A stretch of DNA of 57,823 nt from a virus. Lineage: Duplodnaviria; Caudoviricetes. Positions 19,333 through 29,772 of the stretch are shown piece by piece. Location of the stretch: IMG/VR virus record IMGVR_UViG_3300008954_002723, positions 1 to 57,823 of that record; one strand, 5' to 3'. A program made the translations under genes and the position numbers. Below the pieces are notes generated by a model that was not told where the DNA came from, ran no database searches, and saw only the letters and a list, made by a program, of their open reading frames with translations. Each line of letters begins with the position of its first letter. Position 1 is the stretch's first letter.

Positions 19333-20177
19333 AAGTTAAATTAACAGAGATACAACATAGAAAAATCCTAATGGAGACTGCGAAACAAGAGGCATTAGCT
19401 AATAAATTCGCTCAAGAACTAGCAAGTGCCGATTTAGAGAAAACTATGTATGATTTAACTACATTATATGGATATAGTGAGGAGGAAATCATTAATAACC
19501 CCGTATTGATGAATTTAGTTAAAGAAAAAATGTTAAAAGAGATAACCCATAATTATCATATCTCGCGAGAGTTAAAAAATAAATATGGAAAGTATTTTGG
19601 GGCGGTTGGTATGGCAGCAGCTAAAGAAATTTTGAACAGTAATGATAATCTTTATTCTAAATTTTTGCAATTACACGCAGTTTCAGAAAGTATACCCTAT
19701 CAGTATACTCCAGGGGGTGGTCAGGAGGATAAAGATGTCGTAAAAGAACTGAGAGATGGAATAATTTATGATACTCTCCAGTATCTTTTTAAAAATTTTA
19801 GTGTTAGAGATGCACTTAAAAGAGCGTCTCTTATGGCGGATAGAGCTAAATATGATGAGATTGCACCCTATGTTAAAGACTTTGCAGATAAACATGGGAT
19901 AACATTGTTTAGTAAAACTAGAGGGATGACCTTTACAAAGAAAGATGGGATGATGAGAGATTTATCCAATTACCTGAAGGATGTGGAACCAAAAACTAAA
20001 GCAGGTTTCTTAGATTATATTAATTCTAGGGGTAGAACCAGTGGTCAATACTCTACCTTTTTTAGTGCAGCACAGAATGCGGGATTAATCACTCCTGTTA
20101 GAAATGGGAGAACAATCACCTACCAATTAGGTCCTAATTATGAAGCATGGGAAAACGATAAATTAGTCGCATTTTAA
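19329..20177 (+). CDS. Putative internal head protein with a possible C-terminal winged-helix domain
   Basis: N-term MKVKLTEIQHRKILME; C-term TKAGFLDYI...STFFSAAQNAGLITPVRNGRTITYQLG. Confidence 0.6.
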   Translation: MKVKLTEIQHRKILMETAKQEALANKFAQELASADLEKTMYDLTTLYGYSEEEIINNPVLMNLVKEKMLKEITHNYHISRELKNKYGKYFGAVGMAAAKEILNSNDNLYSKFLQLHAVSESIPYQYTPGGGQEDKDVVKELRDGIIYDTLQYLFKNFSVRDALKRASLMADRAKYDEIAPYVKDFADKHGITLFSKTRGMTFTKKDGMMRDLSNYLKDVEPKTKAGFLDYINSRGRTSGQYSTFFSAAQNAGLITPVRNGRTITYQLGPNYEAWENDKLVAF

Positions 20178-20219
20178 CCATTTTATTCACATTTTTATAT
20201 TTATTAGTAAACTTATCCT

Positions 20220-22016
20220 ATGGATAGAGCCGAAAAATTAAAGATATTTGCCCGTTGTTTAGGTGATCCAATATACGCAATTGAAACTTTTCTTAAGACT
20301 TACGACTTAACACAAGAAGGGTATGTTCCTTTTAAATTATTTCACAAACAAAAGGAGATAATTAAGTCTTATGATGAACATAATAGAAATATTGTAACCA
20401 AACCTAGACAGGCAGGAGTTTCCACCACTACCGCTGCCTATATTGCAGTAAAGATTGCTTTTGGGGACCCTAATAATCCATGGAAAGTATTGGTGTTAGC
20501 GAATAAACAAACATTAGCCCAAGAGTTTCTTAAGAAGATTAAAGATTTCCTTGATCAAATACCGGCATGGGTATGGGGATTAGAAGAAGGAGAGTCTTAT
20601 TTAGCCATTGAAGCTAAGGGTCATATAAAAACTAAAGATACCCAATGTGAAGTAAAAGCCCTAGCCACATCTAAAGATGCATTAAGGGGATATACCCCTA
20701 CCTTTCTGATTATGGATGAAGCGGCATTTATCGATAATGGGTCAGAAGTATTTGGTGCTGCCCTTACCTCTTTGGGTACAGGTGGTAAGGTAACTTTAAT
20801 TTCTACACCTAATGGTATGGATCCTTTATATTATAGAACATACGATGGTGCGAGAACCGGAAAAAATAATTTTAAGATTGTGGAGATGAGATGGCATCAA
20901 GATGTAAGATATAATAGAGGGTTAAGGTGGATAAGAGGAGAAAATGAAGAAATTATATGTGAAACTATTGGGAGAGATAAATTAAGATGGGAATATAGTG
21001 GAACTACTTACGAAACTTCGACATTAGAGATTGAATCATATGAAGTAATGGTAGAAGATGGTTGGAAAGCTACTTCTCCTTGGTACGAAGATATGTGTAA
21101 TGATATGAATGGGGATAAAAAACAAATTGCACAAGAGTTGGATGTGTCTTTTATTAGTTCTGGTGGTAATGTAGTAGATGACGAGTACATCCAATATCAT
21201 GAAAAAAATAATGTGGAAGATCCTAAATATGTGGCAGAGTTAGAACAATCTATGTGGATATGGAAAGAACCTGAAGAAGGTCATAAATATATTATGGGGG
21301 TAGATGTGGCCCGAGGGGATGGGAAGGATAGTTCTACTATCGTTATATTAGATTTTGATGGGTTGGAACAGGTGGCGGAATTCCAATATAAATTACCACC
21401 CGATTCCTTAGCAGAAATAGTTTATAAATATGGTAATTTATATCAAGCATATACTATTGTAGACATTACGGGTGGTATGGGAGTTTCTACCGTAATGAAA
21501 CTTTTAGAAATGGATTATAAATATCTTCATTATGATGACCCTAAAAGTAGAAAACTTAGTGAAAAATATGCGAAAAGTGTTTATAAATTAGGGGATAAAG
21601 TGCCTGGGTTTAATGTAGGAAATACCAGACTTCAAATGATAAGTGAATTTGAAGAGCATGTAAGAGAAAATAAAACCATTATTAGATCTTCTCGATTAAC
21701 ATCGGAATTAAAAACTTTTATTTATAGAAATGGTAGGCCAGATCATATGGAGGGATATCATGATGATTTAATTATGGCGTATGCTATGCCTGTTTTCATT
21801 GTTCAAACAACATTTAAAAAATTAGAAAAAATAGAAAACCAAACCAAAGCAATGTTGGATAGTTGGGCCACCGTTACTTCTTCTAAAGAAGAAACCACCC
21901 CTAAACAGACTCATGTTAACCCTTTTTATAGTAATACCCCTACCTATAACCCTAAACAAGGAAATAGTGGAAATCATGATAATGGAGAGTATAATTGGTT
22001 ATTTGGTATAAAGTAA
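20220..22016 (+). CDS. gp17: Terminase large subunit (T4 gp17-like)
   Basis: KPRQAGVST Walker A, LIMDEAAF Walker B, ISTPNG coupling motif, GVDVARGDGKDSS and HDDLIMA nuclease motifs. Confidence 0.95.
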   Translation: MDRAEKLKIFARCLGDPIYAIETFLKTYDLTQEGYVPFKLFHKQKEIIKSYDEHNRNIVTKPRQAGVSTTTAAYIAVKIAFGDPNNPWKVLVLANKQTLAQEFLKKIKDFLDQIPAWVWGLEEGESYLAIEAKGHIKTKDTQCEVKALATSKDALRGYTPTFLIMDEAAFIDNGSEVFGAALTSLGTGGKVTLISTPNGMDPLYYRTYDGARTGKNNFKIVEMRWHQDVRYNRGLRWIRGENEEIICETIGRDKLRWEYSGTTYETSTLEIESYEVMVEDGWKATSPWYEDMCNDMNGDKKQIAQELDVSFISSGGNVVDDEYIQYHEKNNVEDPKYVAELEQSMWIWKEPEEGHKYIMGVDVARGDGKDSSTIVILDFDGLEQVAEFQYKLPPDSLAEIVYKYGNLYQAYTIVDITGGMGVSTVMKLLEMDYKYLHYDDPKSRKLSEKYAKSVYKLGDKVPGFNVGNTRLQMISEFEEHVRENKTIIRSSRLTSELKTFIYRNGRPDHMEGYHDDLIMAYAMPVFIVQTTFKKLEKIENQTKAMLDSWATVTSSKEETTPKQTHVNPFYSNTPTYNPKQGNSGNHDNGEYNWLFGIK

Positions 22017-22069
22017 TATTTAGTTTTTACTAGATATTTATTATAATAGTATATTATTAACAATTTAAA

Positions 22070-24004
22070 ATGGCAAAGAAAACAATATTTCAACAATTAA
22101 GTGATTTATTTGGTCCTGAAAAAAGTACCAGAGAAAATAAATCCAGATATTCATTAAATGATAAAGAACTTTTAAAAACACAATCTAAAGAAGAGTATGA
22201 TTTTCAAAAGTTACAACTTCAACAAGACGCATTTCTAAATAATCAATGGAAAAAGGTAGATAATGAAATTTACCAACATTCTATTTATTATGAAACTACT
22301 CGTTTAGCTTCTTATGCAGATTATGAGGGTATGGAATTTTTTCCTGAAATTGCAGCAGCATTAGATATTTTTATGGAGGAATCCACCACACCAAACAGTG
22401 ATGGTAGAATTTTAAATATTTTTTCTGAAAGTAAAAGAGTAAAAAGAATTCTGCAAGATTTATTTTTTAATAGATTAGATATTCATACTAATTTACCTAT
22501 GTGGGTAAGAAACACATGTAAGTATGGTGATAACTTTTTATATTTAAGTATGGATAGTGAAAATGGTGTACAAGGAGTTAAACAATTACCTAACATAGAA
22601 ATAAGTAGAAAAGAAAATGATGGGTTTGGGGTTAATACTACTACTTCTACGGAAGATAGATTTAATCCTGTTAAATTCCAATGGGGTCAAAAAGAATTAG
22701 AATTTAATGCATGGCAAGTAGCTCATTTCAGATTATTAGGGGATGATAGAAGATTACCTTATGGTACATCTATTTTAGAAAAGGCGAGAAGAATATGGAA
22801 ACAGTTATTACTTTCAGAAGATGCGATGTTAATATATAGGGTGACGAGAGCACCTGAAAGAAGAATATTTAAAATATTTGTGGGTAACATAGATGAGAAG
22901 GATGTGCCCGCATATGTTAATAAAATTGCGAATAATTTTAAAAGGAGTCCTGTTATTGATCAACAAACAGGACAGGTAGATACGCGATATAATCAAATGG
23001 CTCAGGATCAAGACTATTTTATTCCCGTAAGAGATCCTAACGCTCCGAGTCCCATAGATACTCTTCCAGGTGCAACTAATTTATCGGAGATTGCCGATAT
23101 ACAATTTTTACAAAAGAAATTATTTACTGCCTTAAGAGTTCCTAAAGCATTTTTAAATTTTGAAGAAGTAACAGGAGAAGGTAAAAATTTAGCGTTACAA
23201 GATATTAGATTTTCTAAAACTATTAATAGGGTGCAACAAGCTATCGTGCAAGAACTTAATAAAATAGCCATTATTCATTTATACCTTTTAGGGTTAGAAG
23301 ACGAATTAGAGAATTTTACTTTATCATTAAATAACCCATCCACACAAGCTGAAATGTTAAAGGTTGAGCAAACCCAATTGAAAGTGACTTTATATAAAGA
23401 TGCGGTCTCTGATGCGGGAAATGGTTTTGGTGCATATTCCATGACCAGAGCAAAAAGAGATATATTAGGAATGTCGGAAGAAGAGATACGTAATGATTTA
23501 GAACAACAACGCATGGAGAAAGCGGCAAGTGCAGAAATGGAACAAACATCTACAGTTATTAAGAAAACTGGGGTATTTGATAGGGTGGACACCTTATATG
23601 GTGAATTTGGGGAAACTCCGGGCGACGCCAGTGAAGAAGGTGGAGCTGCTGCTGATAGTGGTGGTGGAGGTGCTGATTTTGGTGCTGACTTCGGAGGGGA
23701 AATGGCAGGTGGTATGGAAAGTGCTGCATCCACAGAAGCAGGTGGTGAAGAAGGTGGTGAAATAGCTGCAGCGGAAGCCCCAGTAGAATCGGTGAATAAA
23801 AAAGGTGACCTTTTAGTTGAGGAAAGTAAAAAACAATTAGAAAATAAAACCAAAAAATATCAAAATATTTATTATAACAGATTAATGGAAAGTTTAGAAA
23901 AAGATGAAAAAATATATGATATGGGGAGTTTAGATGAAGATGTGGAGGTAATCAATACTAAAATTGAACAGATGTCTAAAGAGATTGATAATATAATAAA
24001 GTAA
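22070..24004 (+). CDS. gp20: Portal protein (T4 gp20-like)
   Basis: EDAMLIYRVTRAPERRIF, DYFIPVR, IDTLPGATNL, LRVPKAFL, QDIRFSKTINRVQ. Confidence 0.95.
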   Translation: MAKKTIFQQLSDLFGPEKSTRENKSRYSLNDKELLKTQSKEEYDFQKLQLQQDAFLNNQWKKVDNEIYQHSIYYETTRLASYADYEGMEFFPEIAAALDIFMEESTTPNSDGRILNIFSESKRVKRILQDLFFNRLDIHTNLPMWVRNTCKYGDNFLYLSMDSENGVQGVKQLPNIEISRKENDGFGVNTTTSTEDRFNPVKFQWGQKELEFNAWQVAHFRLLGDDRRLPYGTSILEKARRIWKQLLLSEDAMLIYRVTRAPERRIFKIFVGNIDEKDVPAYVNKIANNFKRSPVIDQQTGQVDTRYNQMAQDQDYFIPVRDPNAPSPIDTLPGATNLSEIADIQFLQKKLFTALRVPKAFLNFEEVTGEGKNLALQDIRFSKTINRVQQAIVQELNKIAIIHLYLLGLEDELENFTLSLNNPSTQAEMLKVEQTQLKVTLYKDAVSDAGNGFGAYSMTRAKRDILGMSEEEIRNDLEQQRMEKAASAEMEQTSTVIKKTGVFDRVDTLYGEFGETPGDASEEGGAAADSGGGGADFGADFGGEMAGGMESAASTEAGGEEGGEIAAAEAPVESVNKKGDLLVEESKKQLENKTKKYQNIYYNRLMESLEKDEKIYDMGSLDEDVEVINTKIEQMSKEIDNIIK

Positions 24005-24042
24005 CTTTTTATTAAAAGTAGAATATTTATAAATAAAAAAGA

Positions 24043-24819
24043 ATGAAAAATTTTGGTAATATAAAAGATACATTTAATTCTATTCTAGCAGAATCAATTA
24101 TTAAAAAGGATGAAGAGGGTAAAAAAATATTTAATAAATATTTAAAAATTTTAAAGGAAAATGATGATTTAAGATCTCAATACCTTATTTATAAAAATTT
24201 AACTACAAAAAGTTTTACTGATAATAATGAAGCTACGGAATACATTAAAGAAAATATATCTTTATTAAAAGAATTAAATAAAAAAGAAATAAAAAAAGGG
24301 ATAACTACCCTTTATGATATTTTAAATACTCAAGAACTTTCTACAGAGAACTCTTCTTTATATGAACATATAGATGTGTTAGTGAATATAGAAAAAAATG
24401 CAAACACATTAGATACGATTAGAGAATCTATTAAGTATATAAAAGATAAAATGATTGAACGAGAAGAATTTTTAAAAGAAGAAAATGACGTGGTTAATCT
24501 ACCACCAAGCGTGTTGACTCAAATGGCAACTACACGATTTAATACAAAATACGCTGACATCACAGAAGATGAGAAAGAAATATTAAAGGCAGTTTTAAAT
24601 GGAAATGATGAAGAAAAAAAGACAGTCTATAATACTCTTAAAACTGAATGTATAGATATAATTGATAATAAATTGAATGAAGAAATTGATCTGGATTTAA
24701 AAGATAAAATTCTTAAGGTAAAAGATAAATTATTAAGAATGACTTATAACCCAGATGAATACGTTAAGGACATAGACAGAGTTTATGAACTTAAAAAATC
24801 AGTGGCCGCTGAAGAATAA
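24043..24819 (+). CDS. Helical head-module protein
   Basis: 258 aa between portal and protease; TATTTAT at 24024; ILAES. Confidence 0.7.
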   Translation: MKNFGNIKDTFNSILAESIIKKDEEGKKIFNKYLKILKENDDLRSQYLIYKNLTTKSFTDNNEATEYIKENISLLKELNKKEIKKGITTLYDILNTQELSTENSSLYEHIDVLVNIEKNANTLDTIRESIKYIKDKMIEREEFLKEENDVVNLPPSVLTQMATTRFNTKYADITEDEKEILKAVLNGNDEEKKTVYNTLKTECIDIIDNKLNEEIDLDLKDKILKVKDKLLRMTYNPDEYVKDIDRVYELKKSVAAEE

Positions 24820-24838
24820 CAAACATAAAAACTTAATT

Positions 24839-25063
24839 ATGGAAAAAATATTTGAAACTGTAAAGGGATTTTTCTCAGGAGTTACGGACCTCTTAATGAC
24901 GTTCTTAACTGTTGGTATTCTAGTACAAGTACTCTTCGGAGGAGCAGTATTTGGAATGGATGTAGTAGGAAATGTTACTGGACTAATCGAATCTTTAGGA
25001 AACTCAGGATTTGTAGGTTTATTAGCAGTAATCGTACTAGTTAAAATACTAGACAAAAAATAA
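24839..25063 (+). CDS. Small membrane protein (2 predicted TM helices)
   Basis: MEKIFETVKGFFSGVTDLLMTFLTVGILVQVLFGG...GFVGLLAVIVLVKILDKK. Confidence 0.75.
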   Translation: MEKIFETVKGFFSGVTDLLMTFLTVGILVQVLFGGAVFGMDVVGNVTGLIESLGNSGFVGLLAVIVLVKILDKK

Positions 25064-25085
25064 TAATAATAAACATAAATAAAAG

Positions 25086-25112
25086 AACCTACTCTATGAG
25101 TGGGTTTTTTTA
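25086..25112 (+). terminator. Rho-independent terminator
   Basis: AACCTACTC-TAT-GAGTGGGTT followed by a T-run. Confidence 0.75.
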
Positions 25113-25186
25113 TGCCTAATTGACAAACTTAGTTTTTTTCGTTATATTTTACACATACAAATAATAAAAAAATTAAAGTATTATGA

Positions 25187-25624
25187 ATGAAACGAGGAAA
25201 AGAATTAAAATTAGATATAAACCCAAATTATAAGATAAAAATTGGTACTGTTGATAACAAAAACCCTAAAAGTATATATATTAACTTATCCGCATGGGGA
25301 GAACTAAAAGAAAACGAAGAAGAAATAAACTATGACAAAGTAATTAGTTTATTGAGAAAAAGAATTAAACATAACATTAATAGCACTATTAATAAAACTG
25401 ATTTTCATAGAGATAAATATATTGTAGATTTAGACATGAGGTCTTCTGGGATAAGTAATGAAAAAAGAAGTTTTATGTCATGCGAGATAACACTATTCCA
25501 AAAAAATAATATTCCGGTGAATCAAGAATCCATGGTTAAATCAACTACAGACATTATTCATAATATAATTCATAACTGTTTAGATAGTCAGTCCCACTTT
25601 GTTTTTTATAAAACTAAAAAATAA
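25187..25624 (+). CDS. Hypothetical phage protein
   Basis: 145-aa ORF with a TTGA...TATATTTT promoter-like sequence upstream. Confidence 0.75.
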   Translation: MKRGKELKLDINPNYKIKIGTVDNKNPKSIYINLSAWGELKENEEEINYDKVISLLRKRIKHNINSTINKTDFHRDKYIVDLDMRSSGISNEKRSFMSCEITLFQKNNIPVNQESMVKSTTDIIHNIIHNCLDSQSHFVFYKTKK

Positions 25625-25668
25625 TGTTTTTTATTGTATAGATATATTTATATGTAAAGTATATCAAC

Positions 25669-26361
25669 ATGATGGACATCTTAAAAGGAAATGAAATAAA
25701 TAAAAAGGGTATCTTAATAGAATATGATGCCGGGTATATCTCCCCTAACGATAATAAACATTTTATAAATGAGATTAATAAATTAACTAGAGGTGAATCT
25801 ATAGTAGAAGAACCTTTAGTTGTTTATGCAGTAATGCAGAAGTATGGAGTAGAAAACCGTAATGGTAGAGTTTACCCAGAAAGTATATTACGTAAAGAAG
25901 CCGAGAATTATCTAAAACTTATTAAAGAAAAAAGAGCAATGGGTGAAGCAGATCATCCAGAATCTTCCATAGTTGCCATTAGTCGTATCTCACATAACGT
26001 AATAGAGTTATGGTGGGAAGGTAATGTATTAATGGGTAAATTAGAAATTATTATGTCCCCAGGGTTTGTAAATCAAGGAATCATTTCATGTGAAGGAGAT
26101 CAAGTAGCCAATCTGTTAAGAAAAGGTTTAATGATAGGGGTATCTTCTAGAGGAGTAGGGTCCTTACAAAAAGAAAATGGTAAAAATATTGTACAAGATG
26201 ACTTTGAATTAATTTGTTGGGACGTTGTTACTTCACCATCTACTCCCGGTTCCTGGATATATAAAGAGGAGCCTACTAGGGAACAACAAATGTCTGAAGC
26301 TGATAATAAAAAAGACAAAGATCTTTTAATTGATTCTTTAGACGACTTTTTGTCAGAATAA
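25669..26361 (+). CDS. gp21: Prohead core protease (T4 gp21-like)
   Basis: NRNGRVYP, GEADHP, ISHNV, GVSSRGVGSL, WDVVTSPSTPGS. Confidence 0.93.
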   Translation: MMDILKGNEINKKGILIEYDAGYISPNDNKHFINEINKLTRGESIVEEPLVVYAVMQKYGVENRNGRVYPESILRKEAENYLKLIKEKRAMGEADHPESSIVAISRISHNVIELWWEGNVLMGKLEIIMSPGFVNQGIISCEGDQVANLLRKGLMIGVSSRGVGSLQKENGKNIVQDDFELICWDVVTSPSTPGSWIYKEEPTREQQMSEADNKKDKDLLIDSLDDFLSE

Positions 26362-26472
26362 AATCACACTAAAGTCACACTTTTCTGATTTTTCACATAT
26401 TTATAAAAAAATGGCACCAGTTGGTGCGCATTAATTATTATAATAATATAAACAAAAAAATTAAAAATTACG

Positions 26473-27969
26473 ATGGCTACAAAAAGAAAATCAATCATCG
26501 AAGAGGCGTTGCTAGAAGCAAAGTCTTTAGAGGATGCCTTAAAAGCCAATACGAAAGAAATGCTTGCCACTCATATGAAGCAAGAAATTGAAAGTATCGT
26601 AGAGTCGTCTTTAAAAGTGAAAGACGAAGAATCTAAGAACGATATCGTTGAAGGGTCCGATGAGAAAACGGAAGTGCCAGTATTAAAAGAACAAAAAGAC
26701 GAGGAGTCTGAAGAATTGGTTCTAGTAGATGCTGGAGATGATTCAGAAGAAGAAGCAGACGCGGATGCGGATGTTGAATTGGATGGATTGGAATTAGATC
26801 TTGATCTTGACGCATTAGCGGCAGGTGCAGAAGAAGATGAAGTAGAAGACTTAGCCCTAGCAATAGGAGATGAGGAAGAACTTGACTTAACTGGTGCATC
26901 TGATGATGAAGTTATCGCCGTATTTAAGAAAATGGGTGATGATGATGAAGTTGAGGTGATTAAAGATGAAGATGGAATTCACTTAACAGATAATGAAGCA
27001 GGAACAGAATATTACATTAAGGAGTCTGAGGAATTAGACGAAGAAGAACTTTGTGAAGGATGTGATGGAGATGTTGTTTATGAAATCGAACTTGATGAAC
27101 ATGGTTTTGACCATGTAACATTAGGTGGTGACAAATATGACTTATCAAAAACTCATACTGGTCGTGATTACACACCAGGACATCATCGATCTAAAATAGA
27201 TCATGATGCCGGATGGGATAAGCTTGTATGGGGCGGAAACGCACATGATAAAGATCATGGACATCCTGGTGATGAAGATTATACCTCTAAAATAGGTACA
27301 CGAGATAAAGGACATCCTGGAGATCGTGCTTATACCACAAAACGTGGAGATCATGATTATCATAGAGATCATCATGATATTAAGGGACATCCTTTCGCTG
27401 AAGATGTAGTTGTAGATTTAGACGGAGACGAAGTTGATGAGTCAACTCGAAGAACTTTAGCGGATAGAAGAAGAAGGGATTTAAAACCATCTAACTATCC
27501 AGCTAACGAATCTAGAAAATCTCGTAAACCACTTTCTGAAAAAAGGAGAACTTCTAAAAATGTAAGAAAAGTTGCTGATTCTAAAATTGTGAAGGAATAC
27601 AAAGAGCTGAAAAGTAAAAACAATGAATACAAAGAAGCTCTTAAAGTTTTCAAAAACAAATTAAACGAAGTTGCTTTATTTAATACAAATTTAGCATATG
27701 TGAATAGATTATTTACTGAACATTCAACTACTAAAACTGAAAAGATGGAAATCTTAAAAAGGTTTGATGGGGCTGAAAGCATTAAAGAATCTAAAAACAT
27801 ATATAAAACTGTAAAAGGTGAGTTAGATACTAAAACACCAATTACGGAATCTGTAGAAAATAAAGTCAATAAGACTGTTAAGTCTTCTAAATCGGATTTG
27901 AATGAGTCTACTGCATATGTAGATCCTCAAATTATGGCGATAAAAGATTTAATGAAAAGAATTTCGTAG
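26473..27969 (+). CDS. Prohead core scaffold protein (T4 gp22 position)
   Basis: Acidic coiled-coil protein between protease and MCP; LNEVALFNTNLAY; C-term AIKDLMKRI. Confidence 0.8.
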   Translation: MATKRKSIIEEALLEAKSLEDALKANTKEMLATHMKQEIESIVESSLKVKDEESKNDIVEGSDEKTEVPVLKEQKDEESEELVLVDAGDDSEEEADADADVELDGLELDLDLDALAAGAEEDEVEDLALAIGDEEELDLTGASDDEVIAVFKKMGDDDEVEVIKDEDGIHLTDNEAGTEYYIKESEELDEEELCEGCDGDVVYEIELDEHGFDHVTLGGDKYDLSKTHTGRDYTPGHHRSKIDHDAGWDKLVWGGNAHDKDHGHPGDEDYTSKIGTRDKGHPGDRAYTTKRGDHDYHRDHHDIKGHPFAEDVVVDLDGDEVDESTRRTLADRRRRDLKPSNYPANESRKSRKPLSEKRRTSKNVRKVADSKIVKEYKELKSKNNEYKEALKVFKNKLNEVALFNTNLAYVNRLFTEHSTTKTEKMEILKRFDGAESIKESKNIYKTVKGELDTKTPITESVENKVNKTVKSSKSDLNESTAYVDPQIMAIKDLMKRIS

Positions 27970-28007
27970 TTAAAACAATAACAATAATATAAATAAAAAA
28001 CTCAAAA

Positions 28008-29750
28008 ATGGGACATTTATTAAATTCAGGTGAAGTCGGAAATATCGGACTTGAACACTTGAAACAAATTAGATCTAAAACCATCAACAAATGGAATTCT
28101 CTTGGATTTCTAGATGGTTTAAAAGGTCACGTAAAAGAGAACATTGCTCAGTTATACGAAAACCAAGCTTCAGCTTTATTGAATGAGGCTACGGATGCTA
28201 GTTCATCTGGTTCTTTCGAAACTGTAGTTTTCCCTATCGTAAGAAGGGTATTCTCTAAACTTTTGGCTAACGATATCGTATCGGTACAGGCGATGAACAT
28301 GCCAATCGGAAAATTATTTTACTTTGTACCTAAAACAAGTGGAAGAAATCACGCTCCTCTTAACGGACCGGCTCTTCCAGCACAAGATTGTGTGTTTAGT
28401 GGATGTGGTATTGTATCACAATCACAATTCTTGCAAAAATCACTTTATGATGTATTCTACAACAATGGTATGTTTGATGCGTCTAAAGGTACACTTACTA
28501 TTACTGAAGGTGGACTTAACGCAATGGTTGTTACTTCTGCTGGCACAACTACTGAACAAGCATTTGCTGATCAACCAACTGATGCAGCGGGAGCTTTCAG
28601 AAGTGTTAGTGCATGTGTAACTGGGTTTACTAGTGCGGGTGCAGGAAGATTAACAGGACCTGACGGAAATGAAATGGATACAGAAACTTTCTTATCATCT
28701 TTAACTATAGTATCATCTGATGATATTACTGGTGCAGATGGAAGTACAGTATGTATTCCTGCAGGAACACCAATCCCTTATAATGTAATTGCACAGAAAT
28801 ATGGACAAGGTATCGTTGCTTATGGTGACATTTGTACGGCTGATGGTTGTCTATTAGTTGAACTTGATCTTACATGCCCAGCATGTATCGATTGTTCTGG
28901 TGCTACATTTGATGGTTATCAAGGAGCTGGAGCAGCACCAAACATTGCACATCTTGCAGTGACTTGGGGTACTTACGCATCTCTAGAATTTGCAACTGAA
29001 ATGGGTGAAGTTTCTTTTGAACTTGACGAAGTAGTTGTTGCAGTGACAGAGAGAAAGTTGAGAGCAACTTGGTCTCCTGAACTAGCGCAAGACGTTAGTG
29101 CATTCCATAACATTGATGCTGAAGCTGAATTAACGGCTTTACTTTCTGAGCAAGTAGCAGCTGAAATCGACAGAGAAATCATGAGAGATTTGAGAAACGG
29201 TGCAGCTTGGTCTTTGAGATGGGATTATAACGGATGGAAAAGAGCCAATAATGGTGGTGGTTTCAACGCTTACACTCAGAAAGAGTGGAATCAAACGTTG
29301 ATTACTAAAATTAACCAATTATCTGCTCAGATTCATAAATCAACTCTAAGGGGTGGTGCTAACTTCGTGATAGTATCTTCTGAGGTATCAGCTATTTTTG
29401 ATGACTTAGAATACTTCCACGTATCGAATGCGGCTCCTGAGCAAGATCAATACAACATGGGTATTGAGAAAGTAGGTTCATTAGGTGGAAGATATACTGT
29501 ATATCGTGATCCATATGCACCAGCTAACTCAATCATAGTTGGTCACAAAGGTAAATCATTGTTGGATACTGGGTACATTTACGCACCTTACGTACCATTA
29601 CAATTAACACCTACGTTGCAAAACCCATTCAACTTTGCACCTGTTAAAGGTATCATGACACGTTACGCTAAGAAAATGGTTAATAACCGTTTCTATGGTA
29701 AGTTAACTGTTGATGGTGTTGTAACTTTCGATATCAATCAATTGAGATAA
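28008..29750 (+). CDS. gp23: Major capsid protein (T4 gp23-like)
   Basis: FPIVRRVF...IVSVQAMNMPIG, RKLRATWSPELAQDVSAFHNIDAEAEL, EIDREI, GYIYAPYVPL, GIMTRYAKK. Confidence 0.97.
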   Translation: MGHLLNSGEVGNIGLEHLKQIRSKTINKWNSLGFLDGLKGHVKENIAQLYENQASALLNEATDASSSGSFETVVFPIVRRVFSKLLANDIVSVQAMNMPIGKLFYFVPKTSGRNHAPLNGPALPAQDCVFSGCGIVSQSQFLQKSLYDVFYNNGMFDASKGTLTITEGGLNAMVVTSAGTTTEQAFADQPTDAAGAFRSVSACVTGFTSAGAGRLTGPDGNEMDTETFLSSLTIVSSDDITGADGSTVCIPAGTPIPYNVIAQKYGQGIVAYGDICTADGCLLVELDLTCPACIDCSGATFDGYQGAGAAPNIAHLAVTWGTYASLEFATEMGEVSFELDEVVVAVTERKLRATWSPELAQDVSAFHNIDAEAELTALLSEQVAAEIDREIMRDLRNGAAWSLRWDYNGWKRANNGGGFNAYTQKEWNQTLITKINQLSAQIHKSTLRGGANFVIVSSEVSAIFDDLEYFHVSNAAPEQDQYNMGIEKVGSLGGRYTVYRDPYAPANSIIVGHKGKSLLDTGYIYAPYVPLQLTPTLQNPFNFAPVKGIMTRYAKKMVNNRFYGKLTVDGVVTFDINQLR

Positions 29751-29772
29751 TAATTAATTTTGATTATATTTT

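Noticed and set aside
20220-22016. Intein or homing endonuclease in the terminase
   Set aside because: Ordinary length (598 aa), with no intein splice-junction or LAGLIDADG/HNH motifs seen.
23275-23853. 192-aa antisense ORF and the GC-richer patch in the portal gene
   Set aside because: Explained by the Gly/Ala/Glu low-complexity tail of the portal protein; a shadow ORF.
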